From the NCBI RefSeq assembly GCF_009914755.1, contig NC_060926.1: DNA of 64,000 nucleotides; one strand, written 5' to 3'. The notes under the pieces are model-generated. The model ran no database searches. It was not told the DNA's origin and saw only the letters and a program-made list of their open reading frames with translations. The position numbers and the translations under genes are program-made. Origin of the DNA: the human T2T-CHM13v2.0 reference genome, Homo sapiens. This document shows positions 59,260 through 64,000 of the stretch, in pieces (positions within the stretch are counted from its first letter, which is position 1; each line of letters starts with the position of its first letter).

Positions 59260-59510
59260 AGACTGGTGAAAAGACAGAGGGCTCTGGAATTAATCAAGCT
59301 GGGTTTCTGCTTCAGTTTTGTCCCTCATAGTTACTCCTCTGGGTAAGTGATTTTGTTTTTTCATCTCATCTCATCTCATCTCATCAACACTAAAGCTAGT
59401 CCTACTTTTCTCACAAGGTTATTGTAAACATTGATTAAGATAACTATTTACAGATTAAGATTGTCTTAGTATAGACCTGACATATAGTATCTGCTAAATA
59501 AATGAGCCTT
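59260..59510 (+). mobile_element. MIR with an internal (TCATC)n repeat
   Basis: TCACAAGGTTATTGTAAACATT...CCTGACATATAGTA...TAAATAAATG; pentamer run ~59361-59385. Confidence 0.7.
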
Positions 59511-62500
59511 CTTTTTTCCTTCATTTCCTTCATTTCCCCTTCCAGCTGTATGTGTAAAAGTATGTGAGAGCCTTCCTTAACCCAACTGCCTGCTCCCACC
59601 CCCAAATGTGGCTGTCAGTTGCTTGGTCATGAGCTCTCCTGCAGTTATTTTTGAGTCCAGGCATAGTGACATTGAGTAGAACTCTGGGGTTGGTCTTTTT
59701 ATTTTTCTTCAGTTTTTCTGTAACTCATTCTTTTTGTAGATTCCAGAGTACTATTTGTGTGATTAATTATTATAATGATTATAGTATTTGGAGTTTTTTT
59801 TCCAAATTCCAGACTCAAAATTCCAGATGGATCTGGCTTTAGGTTTGACAGACCTCCTGTAACAAATGGCTCACTAAAGGACAGATGAACAGTGTAGAAC
59901 ATGACACTGGTCTTTCTCTAAATTAGCTGATTCTTAGGAGAACAGTCAGAAAAGTTCATTTACATTAACAGATTGTGTTTGTTGGTTTAGAATAGTTTCA
60001 ACCATAACATTAATCAACAGTTTGGTTAGGGTCCATTTCTACAAAGGGCAAGATTAGAATGACTTCACTCTGTTAATTTCTGATTGGTTGCATGATAGCA
60101 AAAACTGGTCTCAGCTGTTTGGTCGGACTAAAATTTGTAGCCAAATAGTTTCAGTATAGTTTTTTTAATTGCTGAAGATAAATCTAAATGTGAGGTGGTT
60201 TATATTATTATTTCAGTGTAGTAGATAAGTGGTTGAAGATCAAATCTAGTCTAGTAGTATTGGAAGGAATATTTTTATAAAGAAACCTGAATGCTGAATT
60301 CTGATATCATTTCTTGTTGAATATTTTGGCTGCATATGACTTTGGGAAAGGTTCCGGAGAGTTGAAGTTACTTGCTAAGTTCACTTTCAGATGTTAAGAT
60401 ATGAGATCAATATCTTTGAAGTTCCATAAAAATAGTTTTATATCAATGATATAATGTTTCAGTCTTGTGCATGGTGAAAGCACTTCTAAAATAGCACATT
60501 TTAGCATATACTAGCAATTGTTATCTTTGCTTTGGCAACAGATATCTTTGTAAATGTCTTGATCTTATTTCTTGAAAGCTCAACAAATGGTATTTTAGGA
60601 GGGAGACTTTTCAGGATGCTATCATGGGTCACAGAGTGACATTTTGTATGATCATAGAGTACCACGTAAAGACTTTCTCTTGCAAAGGAAGGAGCAATAA
60701 TTACTTCATTAGTTACATAAGAGAGTCATAGGTCTTAAGCATAAATTGATTCTGATTCATCAAGGACATTATTAAGCTGTCAAAATCTTTCAATATGGAG
60801 TGTGACAACAACATGTAAAAATTCCATTAGAGGGTCATTAACAAGGTCTTTGAGCTCATGCTTAGCATTTTCTCTGAGTTCCTAATGGAACTTTTCTCAA
60901 AACAGGATTTAAGTCAGATACCTCAGATACTTTAATGCTGTTAGAAGTTTGTTATTGGAAAATAATTAGTCTTTTCTGAATTTTTTAGTCTCTATGCCAG
61001 CCAGAATAAAATAGCAGTTCAGTACAACCACAGTAATTTTCAAATGTTGACATTTACACATGTTATTTTAAAAATCTGGTAAGGGCTGAAGATGGACTGC
61101 AGTTGATAGCGTATTAGTTTGCATGTAGAGACTTAAACACTTTTTTGATACCAACACAGTAATTATTACATTTTGCTGTTACTTTGATAGATTTTTTTTT
61201 CCTGTAGGAGAAAAGGAAGTACAATTTGTGATGAAAACTTTTTACTTTTATTTCACTGTCAATTACTAATGTTGGTGGTGTTTGCAAATGACAGTGTCCA
61301 ACAAGAAAGTTAGTGCAATATAAATATATATGCAGAAATGTCTGACAACCACAGAAAAAAGAAGTGAGTCATTACCATTTTTCTGACTGCTTTAAGTATA
61401 ACTCAAAATGCCAAATTGATGGAGTCTCAGCATTGTAGGTTATGGCAGTTATGATCCACATAACTTAGTTCTTCATTTAAATGGCAGACAGGCAGAGATT
61501 AGAGCTATTCTATCATTTTCATGAACACTAAGAAAAAGTTTTCTATGATGCATAGAATAACAAGTTGTATTTATTGAAAACAGTAATAAAAGTCTCAAAC
61601 TTTGTGAAACTTGGAATAATTAAAATTTCTTATATCTGTTCTTAGTATTTTTAAAGAGATAACTAAGATATAGATTGGAAAAAGATAAACAACCGGATGA
61701 GGATACGTTCTGGAAATTTGAGATGGGATGATCCAGATGGAATAGACACAGATATAATTTATTTGACAGAATCCTGAGAGTTGAGACTATATTTACCTGA
61801 TAGAAGGAGAAATTGGGAAAATATGTACAGTGGCCAAGTAAGGTTTAATTATAAGTGTGAGTGCTGAGCCAAATAAAAGAGTGGAAGTTGCATGATAACC
61901 TTGAAAATCATTGTGAGCTGGGCTGGGAAGGTGACAGAGTGTTATACAAGAGTATATAGGAGGAGATTTTAAGCAACTGGTAAGATATTATATAGTGGTA
62001 TAAAAAATAAATTGAAATTATTTAAAATTTTAATTTAACTTTCTTTTGGACATAAAAACAACATGATTCCTATCCTGAATGACATCTAATGAGAAATTAG
62101 TTTATTTATTTAACAAGATTATACTGGCACCCTGACCACTGATGTTTAATTAGAAGCTGATTGCTTATTATTGTCAATTTCATACCTTAGATGTTTCCAA
62201 GGGGGTGCTCACACCTTTTGAAATATATTTTCACTTTGAGAGAGTTAATAATTATTCACTGACAGACTGACTAAAAACTAGCATAATAAAACAAAAATAT
62301 TTCTCTGCTTTCAGAAGAAATGAGAGATCTTTAGCATTGAATATTTATTATTAGGGAATAAGGTACCCCACATCAAATTTGATAGGAAGAAGTATCAGAC
62401 TTTTTTATATGACATTGATTGTTAAGAGAAGGACTTGCCTTGGCTGGTTACATGGCTAAAAGTGTGATATTGAAAATATTGAACAACTGGTACAATATGC

Positions 62501-63149
62501 TTACTAACCAACCAGGCTGAAAATCAGCACCTCATGGTTGGCTCAATAAATGTTAGTGTGTGGTCTGGACTAAATATAGGCTCCATCCTAGGTGAGTGAG
62601 CATAAATTAATGTTGTTTTTCCATCAGCTTAAAGGGTCAACATCGAGAATTATACCTAGATTGAGTAAACACTATGTTGACTTGCTCACCAGTGAATAAA
62701 ACCTCTTTTTAATATCGAATGATTTTTTTCTGGGATAATTCTTATGAGATAACAGTACCTAGCACACAGACCCTGCTTAGTATCATTACTGATCCTTATG
62801 CAGTAAACAAGGGTGCAGGCAAAATAACTGCTGTCTTTTGTCAATTAAATAAAAATGTTGAATAATTTTGCCAAAATTTTGAATGTGTAAAATCAAGTAA
62901 AAATGAAAATCTACATGAACTTGTTCACTACTCATTGGCCAGGCACAGCTGAGCTTTGCTGCCTCAGATCCTGTTTACTCTGGGGTCTCTACAAAGGCAG
63001 TTTCCAATAGGGGCAGACTGCAGAGGGGACAATTCAGGGAGCATATGCTGCTTACCTCACTGGCCTAAGAATGTATGTTTGTCATTATAAATATAGAAAT
63101 GACAAATTTTATTTGTGTAGTAAATCATAGTCTGTAAAACTCTTTCATA

Positions 63150-63375
63150 TGAGCTAGTTCAAATGTCACCTTTGTGAAGGCTTTATTTTTTTCTTTCTTT
63201 TAGGTTATTCCAATAATTTATCTATACCATTATCTCATATATTCCATTTCACTATATTCTTAAGAATCTTCTCTTTCACTGGCTGTGATAAAAGAGCACA
63301 AGTCACTCATTCATCTTTTTCTCTACATGTGTAGTTTGGTGCTTGGTACCGTAGGTACCTTATAAATTTGTTTTT
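63150..63375 (+). mobile_element. L2 3' fragment
   Basis: TTCAAATGTCACCT; GTGCTTGGTACCGTAGGTAC...ATAAATTTGTT. Confidence 0.55.
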
Positions 63376-64000
63376 TCATATTTTTAATCATTGGTTTCCT
63401 TAATTTGTACTCATTGCTAAGTTTTTGAATTTTTTTCTTTTTATTCTTTTTTATTTTTCACTAAGTTTTTTTTGTTGTTAAGAATATAACCCAATTAACT
63501 CTTATTTGTTCCTGAAGATAAGAGAAATATGTGATGGTTATATTCTAGGTTTCAGATTTTAATTAAACTGAGATTTATATGTAAAAATACATAAGCATGC
63601 AAACAAATACTGCAAAGGGCAGGGAAATAGCATCACTTTGAGTTATTAAGAGAGATATTTTTGTATTTAAGATCCCCATTGTGTTTTTCAGCTGTATTTA
63701 GTAAGGTTAGTAAAGGAAATAGGAATTGGTAAAAGATCAGATATAAGATTTTGACATTGTTTTTAAGCTGCAAGTGTCAAAAAGTTGAATAAATTTATGA
63801 TAACACCAAAAACTGTCATTGGGTATCCAGTTAAATGCACACAGAAAGATGAGTTTAGGAAAAATCAGACCTATGTCTTGTGCTGAACAGGGAAATGGAC
63901 TGGTGGAACTAATTGACACTTTAGGTAGAAATGGAATAATGGAGACTAGACTTTCTGGTGCCTGAATTGAGTATAAATGTGGACTTTGATTTTTAGACAG

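Overview
Primate (human-like) AT-rich, repeat-dense genomic DNA with no recognisable host protein-coding gene, RNA gene or CpG island; probably intronic or intergenic. It holds two near-full-length, defective LINE-1 elements facing each other (~13.06-19.28 kb +, L1PA7/8-like; ~44.99-51.16 kb -, L1PA4-like), a composite L1 at 1-2.3 kb with an interrupted CAG tract, three truncated L1PA 3' ends, five Alus, and many ancient L1M, L2, MIR, LTR and hAT fragments. All long ORFs are L1-derived or repeat artefacts. I see no evidence for a new multi-gene system. The best leads are local: an open, extended L1 ORF0 that reads out of the element into flanking DNA, a 17-bp duplication inside the 129-bp ZNF93 segment of the same L1, an exact 42-bp templated insertion, an inverted LTR-fragment duplication ending in a G4 motif, and a candidate 50-nt minus-strand exon. 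Subfamily names come from remembered consensus features and need RepeatMasker/Dfam confirmation; boundaries of old elements are approximate.
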